DNA of 63,736 nucleotides, filler included, from Craspedostauros australis (lineage: Eukaryota): assembly GCA_030167865.1 (NCBI GenBank). It is 20 parts of 20 records of this genome, joined end to end, with 100 filler letters (N's around TTAATTAATTAA, not from the genome) between each part and the next. Parts side by side here need not be neighbours in the genome. Positions count along the whole stretch, not along the records: positions 47,054 to 48,981 come from JALAGF010002145.1; positions 49,082 to 50,179 come from JALAGF010002147.1; positions 50,280 to 51,403 come from JALAGF010002148.1; positions 51,504 to 54,103 come from JALAGF010002149.1; positions 54,204 to 56,769 come from JALAGF010002150.1; positions 56,870 to 58,245 come from JALAGF010002151.1; positions 58,346 to 59,600 come from JALAGF010002152.1; 13 more parts are not named here. One strand, 5' to 3'. The notes below the pieces were generated by a model, which was given only the letters and a program-made list of their open reading frames with translations, did not search any database and was not told the DNA's origin. The position numbers and the translations under genes are program-made. Below, one piece after another: positions 47,665-59,700 of this stretch. Numbering within the stretch: the first letter of the stretch is position 1; each line of letters opens with the position of its first letter.

Positions 47665-48981
47665 CTAAGTGAATCCGCAGCACTGGTGCCATCGATCGAT
47701 CTGCACCTTGACGGCTTCCACCATCGGATGCACTGGGGCGCAAACATTGTATGCGCGCGGAATCTTCTGCCCCTCGAATGAATTGAAAGGCTCCGTCTCC
47801 GCCACCACATCGGTCCCAAGGTAAATGTAGGAATGATTGACACCGGACAGCGCTGCCAGCCTCCCAAAAAACACTTGCTCCGAATAGGCGCGTGGGAATA
47901 CTTCGATCACCGAGCTGCAACGATGCATGAACGGAATCAACGTGAGTTGCGCACCATGCGGCGTCAGTAATATGTCGACGTTGTTGAATGCCTCGATCTG
48001 CTGCTCGAACGTCATGTGCTCGAGAAAAAAGACCGGCGGTCTATACGGCAGATGGAGCTCCTCCTGCAGCAGCGTGGAAATATTGCGGCCGCCAAACATT
48101 CGCCTCGTGGTGTTGCGATTGGAAATGGCGATGCGAGGTGGGCGAAGGATCTGGTTGTTCAGAACCTTCGCCGCGCCGCTTGCTGTTGTGTTGGCGTCGG
48201 CTATCAATGGTATGAGCAGGTTGGTATGCTCCGTATTGGGCGAGGGAGGTACTCCGCAGGACGGTTCGAGGTAGCGCTCCAAGCCAAAGACAGGCAAGGC
48301 ATGCCGTCTCAGATGATCCAGGTCGTCCTCGTAAACTGTCCGATAGCCATCAATGAGGGTCGTGTTCGGGTACACGTAGAGGAGGTCGCCTGGGCGAGCA
48401 CTAAATTCGTATTTGAACCTTTTCACGGTTCTTCGTTGGATTGTGATGTTGTTCGCATTCAATACCTTGACCATGCCCTCCGTGAAGGCGCTGCCACTTG
48501 TGAACCAGTCATAGTAGAGCTTTCCAACAACGAAGACATGTTCAGCGTCTGGAAAGTGCCGCCAGAACGACCAGCAGGGGTATATGTTTTGCATCTGATG
48601 CGGAAAGTGATGTAGGAACCAGTTGCGAGAAATGCCACACGCGGCCGTCTTGACTTCCGTGACAGGGGCTTTCCGACGCCGCCGTCGAGTGTTGTTCGTG
48701 TGAACAGCATGAACTGTTCGGACCGTCCTACTGCCATTTGCAGCGCCGGCATGTTTCCATGCCCTCTTGAGATTCCCATGAATGACAATGAAGACGTCCT
48801 TGATGTTATACGATTTTGGATAGCGAGTGACGTTGAAGGTGTGCGGCAGCGAAGTGTTGAAAACGCTGCATCCTTCGGGTCCAAAAGGATCGGTTGGCCA
48901 ATCCATCATGAACGAGGGGAATTCTGTGATGTTCGTGTTCCACCGGTGGGAATGATCGGGGGTTGGCTCTCTTGGGGGGCT
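47665..48981 (-). CDS. Glycosyltransferase family 61 (DUF563-like), 5' truncated
   Basis: RIAISNRNTTRR, EHMTFEQQIEAFNNVDILLTPHGAQLT..FM...SVIEVFP; frame open to the contig edge. Confidence 0.85.
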   Translation of the reverse strand, partial: SPPREPTPDHSHRWNTNITEFPSFMMDWPTDPFGPEGCSVFNTSLPHTFNVTRYPKSYNIKDVFIVIHGNLKRAWKHAGAANGSRTVRTVHAVHTNNTRRRRRKAPVTEVKTAACGISRNWFLHHFPHQMQNIYPCWSFWRHFPDAEHVFVVGKLYYDWFTSGSAFTEGMVKVLNANNITIQRRTVKRFKYEFSARPGDLLYVYPNTTLIDGYRTVYEDDLDHLRRHALPVFGLERYLEPSCGVPPSPNTEHTNLLIPLIADANTTASGAAKVLNNQILRPPRIAISNRNTTRRMFGGRNISTLLQEELHLPYRPPVFFLEHMTFEQQIEAFNNVDILLTPHGAQLTLIPFMHRCSSVIEVFPRAYSEQVFFGRLAALSGVNHSYIYLGTDVVAETEPFNSFEGQKIPRAYNVCAPVHPMVEAVKVQIDRWHQCCGFT

Positions 48982-49081
48982 NNNNNNNNNNNNNNNNNNN
49001 NNNNNNNNNNNNNNNNNNNNNNNNNTTAATTAATTAANNNNNNNNNNNNNNNNNNNNNNNNNNNNNNNNNNNNNNNNNNNN

Positions 49082-50179
49082 GGAGGGCATGGAGGGTGCG
49101 GCCTTCCTCGACAGGATGAAGGGCAAGAACGCCGCATGCACCCTTCACATGGCAGCAGCAACCAATGTCTGCACCGATCCTTCGAAATCTCCGGATGATC
49201 CGCAGTTCGAACAGGGCAAGAGCATCTTCCTGGGAGACTCGTGGTTCGCGTCTGTGGAGGCCACCAAGGCGCTTGAAACAGAGCTGGGTGCGAAGTTCAT
49301 NGGCATCGTGAAGACGGCTCATCGGTTGTACCCCAAAGTCTTCCTGGAGACCACAATGAAGGCGTGGCCATCCGGAAGCCAGCTGCTGATGGAAAGCAAG
49401 TGTGGTGGCCACAAGTACTACGCACTGGGGTACAAGTACTGCAAGGTCAAGGTACTCTGCTTCGTCTTTTCCGCAGGAGCTGGGCGTGCAGGCCGCGGGG
49501 CGCCGTATTTGTCGAAGTGGATCTCGGACGATGGGCGCCCCATGACGAAGAAAGTGGATGGGCCAAGTGTCGCTTCGAAGTACTTCGAAAGCTGTAACAA
49601 GGTTGACGTCCACAACCAGGCTCGACAGGACATCCTCAGTCTGGAGAGAACTTGGCCCACACGCGACGGATACTTCAGGCTTGTCACGACTCTCTTTGGG
49701 ATAACCGTTGTGGATGCATGGAGGGCATACCGGTGCCACTTGGCGGGCAAGCACTGACACAAGAATGTGCCTCTCATGGATTTCGTGAACATGATGGTCA
49801 AGGACATGCTCCACAACAACGAAGCCCCTGATCCACCAAGCTCATTTGCCAGGATGAGAAGCGACTAGCCATTGGAAGTGCAATGTGATGGCAATGGTGG
49901 CTCCTTGTCTTTGTTGACAACCGACAGTCTGGCCCATGCGACGACACAGGTGGCTGAGTGGCACCGAGCAGACTTGATCAATGGCCACCACTTGGTAAAG
50001 CACCCAGGTAGATTCCGGAACAGGAAGATTGACCATACAAAGCAGGGGATCACCAGGTTCATGACAAGAGGGAAACAGGGCAGATGCTATGTGTTCACGA
50101 ACTCGTCAAGGTACCATTGCCTGAACTGTCGAACGGGGTCTCCAGGCCAAACTGTTTGGTGCTGCGAAATGAAGGAGTA
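49082..50179 (+). mobile_element. piggyBac-like DDD transposase pseudogene (C-terminal half with Cys-rich domain)
   Basis: GDSWFASV, GIVKTAHRLYP, PSVASKYFESCNKVDVHNQARQ, LFGITVVDAW, terminal RCYV..YHCLNC..VWCC. In-frame stops TGA 49755 and TAG 49866. Confidence 0.88.
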
Positions 50180-50279
50180 NNNNNNNNNNNNNNNNNNNNN
50201 NNNNNNNNNNNNNNNNNNNNNNNTTAATTAATTAANNNNNNNNNNNNNNNNNNNNNNNNNNNNNNNNNNNNNNNNNNNN

Positions 50280-51354
50280 GCATGTTCGTCATCTTCGGAC
50301 TTGGTGCTGACGACGTAAGTACTACATGGCCTCATACTCGTGTCATGGACGCACGATGAAGGAACCAAGAGATTGCATATCCGCTGAAAGCTCACGCAAT
50401 CTTGTATCTAACCAATCGCATATGCTGTTCTGTTCATTCCATGTCACCGCTCTACCGCCATTGAATCTATCCACACCATCACCATACCGCCATGCCGTCG
50501 TGCCATATTTGCATGCCACGCAACAATACTCTCAACGCGTATAAATGGAACACACGCACGCACACGCATGCACACGCATGCACACGCACGCACACAGGTC
50601 TTCGTTGCCATGGACAAGTGGAAGAATNCCCGCCTGGATCACCCCAACGTATCCACCGAAGACATTGCGGCTATGGCGCTNCCAGATGCTGCGTCTGCGA
50701 TGTTCCTCACCACGGTCACCACCGCAGTCGCCTTCTTCGCCACCGCCATCTGCCCCGTCGCGCCAGTCAAGATGTTCGCGATCTTCTGCGGTCTCCTCGT
50801 CCTCCTCGATTACTTCCTCAACGTGCTACTGGTTTTCCCAGCCCTCTGCATGTATGACATCGCTATCCAAGAGAAGGGCGATCAGGTCCATTGCTGCATT
50901 CACTCCAATCATTGCTGCAACCTGTGCTGCCGCAAGAACGGTGGGGACAACGACAACGAAGCGGACCCAGAGACCTCCTCGCAACGTGAGGACAAGGCAG
51001 AGCGCAACGGCGACAGCCTTCACGATTCCAACAACGATGCTGTTGACCATGGCGAACATGAACATGAAGATTCATCCCTCATTCGACGAGCCCTGCTGGG
51101 GCTGTTCCACATCCTGAAGCGTGGAAAGTGGCCGATCTTCGCGCTCTCCATGATTGCGCTTGTGGTGACCGCCATCTTCGCAGCACAGCTGGACCTCCCA
51201 ACCTCTTCGGATGTCCGCGTTCTGGGAGATGACGTCGAGTTTGAGCAGGCGTACTCCTGGCGACAGGAGCTTCTATACGATCAGCTCGATAGGGCAGAAG
51301 GCAGCGTCGCTTACATCATTTGGGGCGTCAAGCCCGCAGACACCGGCAACCACA
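50280..51354 (+). CDS. Dispatched/Patched-family (RND, sterol-sensing domain) protein, internal fragment
   Basis: FVIFGLGADD|VFVAMDKWK (GxxxDD, intron 50315-50597), AMFLTTVTTAVAFFA, PVKMFAIFCGLLV.LDY; next donor GTAAGT at ~51355. Confidence 0.88.
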
Positions 51355-51503
51355 GTAAGTGAACCTCGTGACTTCGTGCGAAGAGATCCTGGCCAGCGTT
51401 TCTNNNNNNNNNNNNNNNNNNNNNNNNNNNNNNNNNNNNNNNNNNNNTTAATTAATTAANNNNNNNNNNNNNNNNNNNNNNNNNNNNNNNNNNNNNNNNN
51501 NNN

Positions 51504-52020
51504 CCATTTGGGGTTGCTGGTCTGATACGACGCCAACATTGTTTTGCGCCAGACGCTTTTTTGATTCTGCAGTGTTTGGAGTGTGGATGATATCGATGTG
51601 GATGAAGGATTGTTGGTTGGAAGGATGACGCGAACAGTGAAGCGAGACAACAGAATATGAGAATAATATGTGAGAATAGAANGCAATGTTGTTCTGTGTG
51701 TGAGGAGCGCGATGCATACACTGGAATACTTGCAGAGCTTCTTCAGCTCGTTCGTGCAGTGTACTGCGCATTGTACGTACCTTGGAATCCTTCCACAGAT
51801 TGAAGAGCATGCCATTGCTGGCTGCATCCATCCCCATCTTGCTGACGAAGGGTATGGTGTCATTCGCCTCACGGACGTCCACGATGCGTTTGTCGGCTCT
51901 GGTCTTGGGCTTCGTAAGACTGACGAGCGTGTTGGGGCACATCTCGTTGGCCCTGGAGCCAAAGCTCATGGAGGATTTGCTATCCTCATCCTCCAACGAG
52001 ATGGAGGGATTGTCTGCCAT
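51504..52020 (-). CDS. Hypothetical protein N-terminus (probably spliced after ...WKDSK)
   Basis: ATG at 52020 (MADNPSISLEDED) with a candidate GTACGT donor at ~51780; no domain recognised. Confidence 0.35.
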
Positions 52021-52772
52021 GTTCGTTTCTCTTTGGGTTGTGGTGCGCTGTGGTGCATTGTGATGCGTTGGAATTGCCACAGTCGCACATGCAGGAATGA
52101 GTCACCGCACAACCCACCAACTGAGGCACGAGCGGCGATCGGTCAATTGATCGACGCAATGAGAGATGCCAGTTGAGATTGGGATGAAGCACTTTAGAAG
52201 ATGAACGTGCTTGTGCATGATGCTCTTGATTGGTAACAAAGATGATAGCGAGCGAGTATGTTACTCGTGCGGTTGCCAAGCGATGCCGATGGAAATGGAA
52301 ATGGCAACGGTGATGATGCGAAGCGACGCGACGCGATGTTTCCCACAGTCAACACGTGGCCCTTTCGTCTCTCGTGTTGACTTGTTTCTTGTCTTTGTTT
52401 GTCCAAGTCTGTCTCTTTGGATGGCTCGTGCGTTGGGATTCTCGACGAAGCCTTCACGCCAACGCGCCAGGTTTTACTCAGCAGATATGACGTCTGTCCA
52501 GATACCGCAATCACAATCGACAATATTGATTTAGTTTCATTGGCGCAAAAAGCTTCAAAGGATGTTCTGGAAGATACCTTCGATGAAACAAACTGTAAAA
52601 ATTGTGAAATCGAATAAAAAACGCTGGAACGGCGGCCGTTGAAATGGATCCAAACAGTGCACGAAACAAAAAAGTGGGAGAAAAGCAAGAGTTCGCGACA
52701 AGGGCAACACCAGAGCGACGGAGGAGGTAACTGTGTGCGGATGACGTTGTTCAGAAAGAGTCACGAGGTCGC

Positions 52773-53022
52773 TCAGGGTCAGAGTTAGGGCTGGGGTTCC
52801 AGCTTGGGTTAGGTAGGAGGGAAGCAGTTGTTCAGGGCTAGAGTTAGGGTTGGGGTTCCGGTTGGAGTTTCGGCAACTTGGGAGAGACGAGGGAGGCAAC
52901 TGCGTGTGGCTGACATTACTCAGACAGAGCCATGAAGAAACTCAATGTTAGGGTTAGGGCTGGGGTTAGGGGTCCAGAGGGCCAAGACCTGGGTTAGGGT
53001 CAGAGATGTGTGGGTTGGGGTT
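52773..53022 (+). repeat. Degenerate interstitial telomere-like (TTAGGG) repeats
   Basis: Six perfect TTAGGG (52785, 52844, 52948, 52954, 52966, 52994) mixed with TCAGGG, CTGGGG and TTGGGG variants. Confidence 0.7.
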
Positions 53023-54803
53023 GCCACTGCGTACATGACTGTGGCAAGGGCGCTGTCCATTTCCATCTTGGGACCAGCAATTCACATCGTCCAATTCAGC
53101 GCTGCGCAACTTGCATCGTATGCGTCTCGTGCATTGCAGCCGTGCATCCACCTTGCTACCATGCTGACAGAACAGACAGAAGGAAGAGGACCAAGGGCCG
53201 TGCCTGCCATCCTGGTTGACGGCCCATTGCACATCGCACCGCATCACAATATAATACATCATATCACTCTCCATGCAACAACAGTTTTGTGTTCACACCA
53301 ACGATTCTGTGTGAGCACAAGGTAAAGTCACTCTCCGGAAATTCAAGAATCGCGAACAAAGCCCAAACGACGGAAGAAAAAAGACTGTTTTGGGACGAAT
53401 GACCACTGCGACTAAATTGAAGCGTCAATGAGCACTTTGGCGTCTGTGCGTTATTCACCTAATACGTAGATTTGACATGACTTTCAACCCTCTATAACTC
53501 TTAAAATATAAGATCTTTGAGGAACATAAGCAATTCAATAGAAACCTCACATTGAGAGGAAGAGGTTGATGTGGCTAGATACCCGATCCGTGATGCGCTT
53601 CCGACTTGGGCGTAACGTTTTGGCTGCAGCGGGTCTTATGTTGTAGAGAGTATATGAGTGAAGTTACAAGATCCTGGGCATTGTAGTTAAAAAGTTTATA
53701 TTTTTCGCATTAGTCTACAACTAGACACGTTGAGCATGCGGACGTTGAGAGGCACATGGGGTTCGGAATCGCCAGTCGTGCTTCGGCTCGCTGTCCAGTC
53801 GTGCCCATCATCGGCGCTCTCGCATTTTGCATGGGTAAGGCGGTTGGGTGCTAAGAAATGATGAGGATTGCGCAGTGGCGGCAGGCTTGCTGAGGCCGAT
53901 GCTTCGGCTGGGCTGCCGATCAGGCATCGCAATCCAGAGTTGTGGGTTGGTGGGTATTCCAGATCTTGATGCCCAGCTTGACTTCCACACTGCTTTGTTC
54001 TCTGTTCTGCTGCTGTTCATGGCTTCTGGCCGTTGTTCATCTGCTTTGCTCTTGGCTTCTTGTTTCAGTGTCAATCACTTGATTCTTCCGAATTGAACGC
54101 AGTNNNNNNNNNNNNNNNNNNNNNNNNNNNNNNNNNNNNNNNNNNNNTTAATTAATTAANNNNNNNNNNNNNNNNNNNNNNNNNNNNNNNNNNNNNNNNN
54201 NNNATGAATATGTGATTTGTTTGGATATCCGAGAAAAACGGTGTTGAGTCCCAGGACAAAGTGCAGGTCGACTCACTCGGGGGGCTCGTATTGGTGGAGT
54301 ACTCTTTGTCAGGAATCCGAGGCACGGCTTTACCAAGGTATCCATTATTGACGCACCTCCCAATCATATCGTCATGACTCGATGGATTCAACTCTGTTGA
54401 CCACACTCGGATCACCTTGTAGCTTGTCCCTCCTCACTCCTCCATCTGCAACTGAGACCAAACACGGTCATGTCCCACAATGGAGTCTATTCATGAACCA
54501 CCATTGAAATGAGGGAGAACCTATGATTCGACCACTAGTGGCTATTGGCTAATTTCCGTTTTTTTGGCACTTATTGTTAATATTGGTAACCATTGGCACA
54601 TCGCCGACGGCACAAGCAACCATTCGATGAGTTGATGGTCGTTGACCGACATCTTTGCACCAATAGAAAGAGGACAGTGAGAGTTCTCTGTTGATGTGTT
54701 CATTGTTGGCAAACGATCTCCGCTTTCCATTCATCTTGATGCCTGTTTTAAGACCCACTTGAGTGACGGGACCTGCAGTCGGTCCTGGAGGGGTGGCAAC
54801 TTA

Positions 54804-56138
54804 CGGGGCTTTCGACCCAGCCACCCACATATTCATAATCTAGAGAATAATATAAGAGTCAAAGTGGACACCGATTAGCTTTATTGTCTTATTTTAATTT
54901 TTATGGACCCATCGATTTCGCGCTTATCTAGACACGACTAGCGCACTACGGCCAGATTCAGTGTATTGGTGCCTTCGCTGGTATCGCCAAAAGCAAAATC
55001 TTCAATGTCATTTTTTTGGCTAAATATATTTATTTTGTTGTCCCTGCATTGCGGCTCCGACTCTTTGCCGCAATTGTGTCCTCACATTTGTTCCACCATC
55101 TCAGGAGATTCCGGATGTTCCTCCATCGTTTGTGTCTCACATGCGATTCGCTCTGATGTTTTGTTTTCTTCTTGTTGCAGCGCGATTTCCTTCTCTTCTG
55201 CTGTTGTCTGTTGTGGAGGCACGATCTCTGCATCAGTATTGTTTGCGTTCGTAGTCGTAGGTGGTTGGGAAATTGTTGTATTCGTTGTGTTTGTTGCTTG
55301 TTTGTTGAAGTCTGCGATTCTGTTCGTCGTTGGAAAGAATCTCAATATCGCACTCGTTGTCGAACGTCGCGCCTTCGAGCACAGGAGGGAGGAGCTTGTC
55401 TGTTGCAGAAGTCGGATTGTGCTGCTTACCATCCATATCCAATGGAGGCAACGGCTTCTCAGCAGTAGATGGTGTGAACAGTTCCTTGCAATCAATTGGA
55501 TTGGATGGAAAGGGGCGCACCGATGGAGAGGATGGCAAACGTTGCTTCTCGGAGCGGGAAGGATTGGCATCCTTGGACGCAGCTTTCGTGGTTGAGACGA
55601 GCATGACGTTGATTGATACTGATGGGTAGATGGAGAAGACTTCTAGTGATGGAAGTGAATTGAGGAGGAGAAGTGCAAGAAGGTGGCAATACAAGCACTG
55701 CATGAACATGCAATAAGCACAGCACACCACCGCAGAGAAGTAAAGGTTGATTCCGTGCCGAAATGTGAGGAGATTTGTGACATGTGACGAGAGCCAAATT
55801 TGAATTAGAATGTTACTGTCTAATAACGGTTACTGGCCAAGAACATGTGTTCGGACAGGTCAAACAATGACTTCGCTGAAATGCCAAATTCCGTGCGCAA
55901 CCCGTCAAAAAAGTTCTTTCCCGAACGTGTCTGCGCACATTGCGTTGTTTGCATCGAAAAACCTAATCAATGCCATGTGATCATCACGAAGCGGCGTGCA
56001 TATTCGATCAAGAGGACCGTAAAACTACAAAGATCCATAAAAATTAAAGCAAGACATTAAAGAAAAATCGGCGTCCACTATGATTCTTATATTTGGTTCA
56101 AGTTTATGAATATGTGGGTGGCTGGGTCGAAAGCCCCG
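54804..56138. mobile_element. Non-autonomous TIR DNA transposon (Tc1/mariner-like, TA target duplication)
   Basis: TIRs at 54804-54907 and 56034-56138: first 35 bp identical (CGGGGCTTTCGACCCAGCCACCCACATATTCATAA), then imperfect. TA at 54802-54803 and 56139-56140. No DDE transposase inside. Confidence 0.85.
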
Positions 56139-56869
56139 TAAGACCCCATTCAGGGTACAATCGTACGATCCTGCCGATTTTTTATCGGACAACATTACTT
56201 TATTAGCACACGGTGTAGCGTGTTGTCGCATAGGCTAAGATATATTTAGCTAGCTTCTACGACACAAATACCTGACTGACTTGTCCTCATCGTGGACGAA
56301 AATGATGACGTCATTGACGGTCAATGTCAGACTGCAATGGTATCGGACGGTGTGGATGGCGATGTTGCGGCAGATTCGGCGCCGCGTTGATTCCTCGCGT
56401 CGTTTTGGATTTGGCTTGGTGAGGGGTTGCCTCCTTTGTTCGTGTTGTGCCATGGAGCACGGCGATGGTGGTGGCATCCCTACACGTCCACTTCCACGTC
56501 CACAACAATAGCAACACTTGCGAATACTACACAACATAATANNATATATTGTAATACAATATGGTGGAATGGAGCACAGTGACTTCTCCTTTGGTCTGCA
56601 AAATAGAATTTGATTTATCACTTGTTATAGCATTGTTTGTAAAAATAAAGTCCTGCGAAACCTGCTTTGCTTCCCATGGACATGCGACAACATGGTCATC
56701 TACTGAGCTGTTGGCATGGTGCAGAAAGAGACTGGTGGCGGAAGTGTTGTTTTCCGTGTTGCTTCTTGTNNNNNNNNNNNNNNNNNNNNNNNNNNNNNNN
56801 NNNNNNNNNNNNNTTAATTAATTAANNNNNNNNNNNNNNNNNNNNNNNNNNNNNNNNNNNNNNNNNNNN

Positions 56870-58245
56870 CTAATGCCTGACGAAGACACGACGATCAACT
56901 TGGAGATGCGAGACGCGCTGATGACGTTCGACGTCTTTCCCATCATGGAGGTCAATGAGGATCTGCCCACCTATGACATCACCCCAAAGCAAGGATGGAA
57001 CCCTTCGGATCACCAAGGAGGACACGTATGCAACGTGCCCATGGGTTGCTACCTTACCAGGGACCCAATCGGAGGAGACAAGGTTGTCGACTGGGATGAC
57101 CAACCTGATGCACCGCGTAACGCTGGAGCAATGGACCCAAACGCCCACAACGCATCGAAGGATCCCACGGAACCCAGGACACGCCAGGCCATAGACGGTA
57201 TCCCGAATAATCCCATGGAAGGACGAGAACCCATGGATCCCAACGATCGTCATCCAGATGAGCACGCCACAGGAGAACCCAACCGTGTACACGAGGAGTA
57301 CCCCAAGGTGGACGCATTCCTTGACACTCTAAGTCTCGAGGAGCTCATCGGAATGTCACATGCAATCGACACGGTAACATTCGCGAAATCGGCTACCGAC
57401 ACTGCCATTTCGATCCAAGGCACCCTCTTCGACATGGTGGACAATCTCTCCGCGGGAGACATCGACCACCTATACAGGGAGCTGGGCATCGATCGCGAGG
57501 CCAACGCAGTAGGAACGGACCAAATNNNNNNNNNNNNNNNNNNNNNNNNNNNNNNNNNNNNNNNNNNNNNNNNNNNNNNNNNNNNNNNNNNNNNCATCTC
57601 ATCCTTACACTCGGTAGGATCCGAACCGGCGTTCCAGAGAAATCGGGAGACTTTTCGTATCCCCAACGAGATCGGCGTGACCAAGGCAACACGTGTCGAC
57701 ACCCTCCGGGGAGACCCGCGAAGCGCACCTGAATACCACGGGCACACCAAGGGCGAGAACCCCGCCGGGATTGACGACCCAGGAAAGGACAATCCCATGG
57801 ACACCATGGACCGACACCCTGCGGAGGCTATGACCGAGTACAGCCACCAAGGGTTCCCGTTCCGAGCTAAATGGAAGTCCATCGATCTTCACAAGATCCG
57901 ACCGTACCTCGGNNNNNNNNNNNNNNNNNNNNNNNNNNNNNNNNNNNNNNNNNNNNNNNNNNNNNNNNNNNNNNNNNNNNNNNNNNNNNNNNNNNNNNNN
58001 NNNNNNNNNNNNNNNNNNNNNNNNNNNNNNNNNNNNNNNNNNNNNNNNNNNNNNACGGACACCATATTCTCCAACGTCAAGTCCTTTGGAGACGGATACT
58101 CCATGGCGCAAATCTTCTACGGGACATCCTCCCACATGATTAACGCATATGGCCTGAAGAGGAAAGAAGGAGTTTTCGTCGCCTTCCAAGATTTCATCAG
58201 GACAGAGGGTGCACCATGGGCCTTCCACAGCGACAACGCGAAGGA
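56870..58245 (+). mobile_element. CoDi-like copia pol fragment (end of protease region, long spacer, start of integrase core)
   Basis: LEMRDALMT...LPTYDIT..GWNP, then TDTIFS.VKS..GYSMAQIFYG, FQDFIRTEGAP..FHSDNAK (integrase D...D). Confidence 0.85.
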
Positions 58246-58345
58246 NNNNNNNNNNNNNNNNNNNNNNNNNNNNNNNNNNNNNNNNNNNNTTAATTAATTA
58301 ANNNNNNNNNNNNNNNNNNNNNNNNNNNNNNNNNNNNNNNNNNNN

Positions 58346-59600
58346 GGGCCTTGAAAGGTGAGGATCGCACCGCTGGGGCTATCGTCCAGGACGTATCGAT
58401 GAAATGGATTGTCCCCTTGCCGCACAATGGCTTGCGGAGAAATCAACGTCGCAGTGAGCTCTGGACAATACAGCGTGACGGCACGAATGTGACTGCCATC
58501 GGAACCGGGGATTGCCAAGACGCCAACGCCAGGGCACATCATGCACGCAGCGCTCGCGTTGGCGGCCGCCAAGGGCACCGGATTATTGTAGGACCTGTAC
58601 GCCTGGAGGATGGAGCGGTCGGGAGTGGCGCTGACGTTGGCACCGGGATCGCACTGCCCGATTCCATCGCCGGGGTCCCACGCGCGCACGTTGCCATCAA
58701 CGACAGCAGCTGCACGCACCAGACACACCGGCGGAAGCCCAACACACACCATCTTGCAGGGTAATGCGTCGGGCGATGCAGGTAGAGCAAGCGAGGATGC
58801 CTCGTCGTGATGACGACCTGCAAGCACCCCGCTACCACGCGTGAGAGGACCGTGCCGTTCATCAGAGGTTGCACCTAGCTCTGACCGGCAGACCAAAAAT
58901 CCTGGTCCAATGACGCCTCCACGTCAGGCGAAAGGAGTAAATCAACCCATGGCTCGTCACCACGGTCACCAAAGCGCTGGAGAGCACGCGCGGTGGCCTT
59001 GCGCTTGTCGCGGCTGAAGTGAGTGCGGAAGTTGTTCCTGATGGTCTCAGCCTCCTTGGGGTGCTCCTGGATATAGTGTTGCAAGTGAGCAGCACGTCCA
59101 AAAGCCTTGCACGTGGCAGGGCCATGTCCCATGGAGCAGCAAGCGGGGCAGAACGCGTCAGGGTCCGGCTTATAGAAAGCGTTGGTGGGGCGACGTGAAC
59201 GATCGCGATCGGAGCCACCATCGCGGGACCCTCGTCCGGAACGAGTGTTGACGTGATGAGCCTTGGGCTGGACACCGGTGGTCGGTGCATCCGGGATCTC
59301 CTGCGCCATCTGCTCTACTTGTAGGTTGAACGGGAGAGACTTGGGAGACGTGATGGTGCGCAGCATGGTACGATAGTGCTCCAGCGAGTACCCATGCCCG
59401 CGGAGTTCCTCAAGGAAGATGCGACTGAGCTCCAAATTGGACACGGCGCGCCGGAACACCAAGCCTTCGACGTGCTGGAAACCAAGGAGTCGTGTGGCAA
59501 AGCCGGACACGGACCCATCAAAGCCGGGCACCTTGTGGCTGTGCTGTTGCACCGCATCAAACGCACCTGCCAACACCTTGTGAAGGAAGACGTATGCGGA
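58346..59600 (-). mobile_element. CoDi-like copia gag end and protease, in two overlapping frames (-1)
   Basis: Gag Zn knuckle CPACCSMGHGPATC with stop at 58875. The protease-like CDPGANVSAT...YCPELTATLISPQ lies in the -1 frame. Confidence 0.85.
58853..58902 (-). promoter_or_regulatory. Putative programmed -1 ribosomal frameshift signal (G GAT TTT plus hairpin)
   Basis: Heptamer at 58902-58896 in gag frame, 5-nt spacer, then stem TGCCG-GTCAGAG / CTCTGAT-(GAA)-CGGCA at 58890-58853. Confidence 0.72.
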
Positions 59601-59700
59601 NNNNNNNNNNNNNNNNNNNNNNNNNNNNNNNNNNNNNNNNNNNNTTAATTAATTAANNNNNNNNNNNNNNNNNNNNNNNNNNNNNNNNNNNNNNNNNNNN

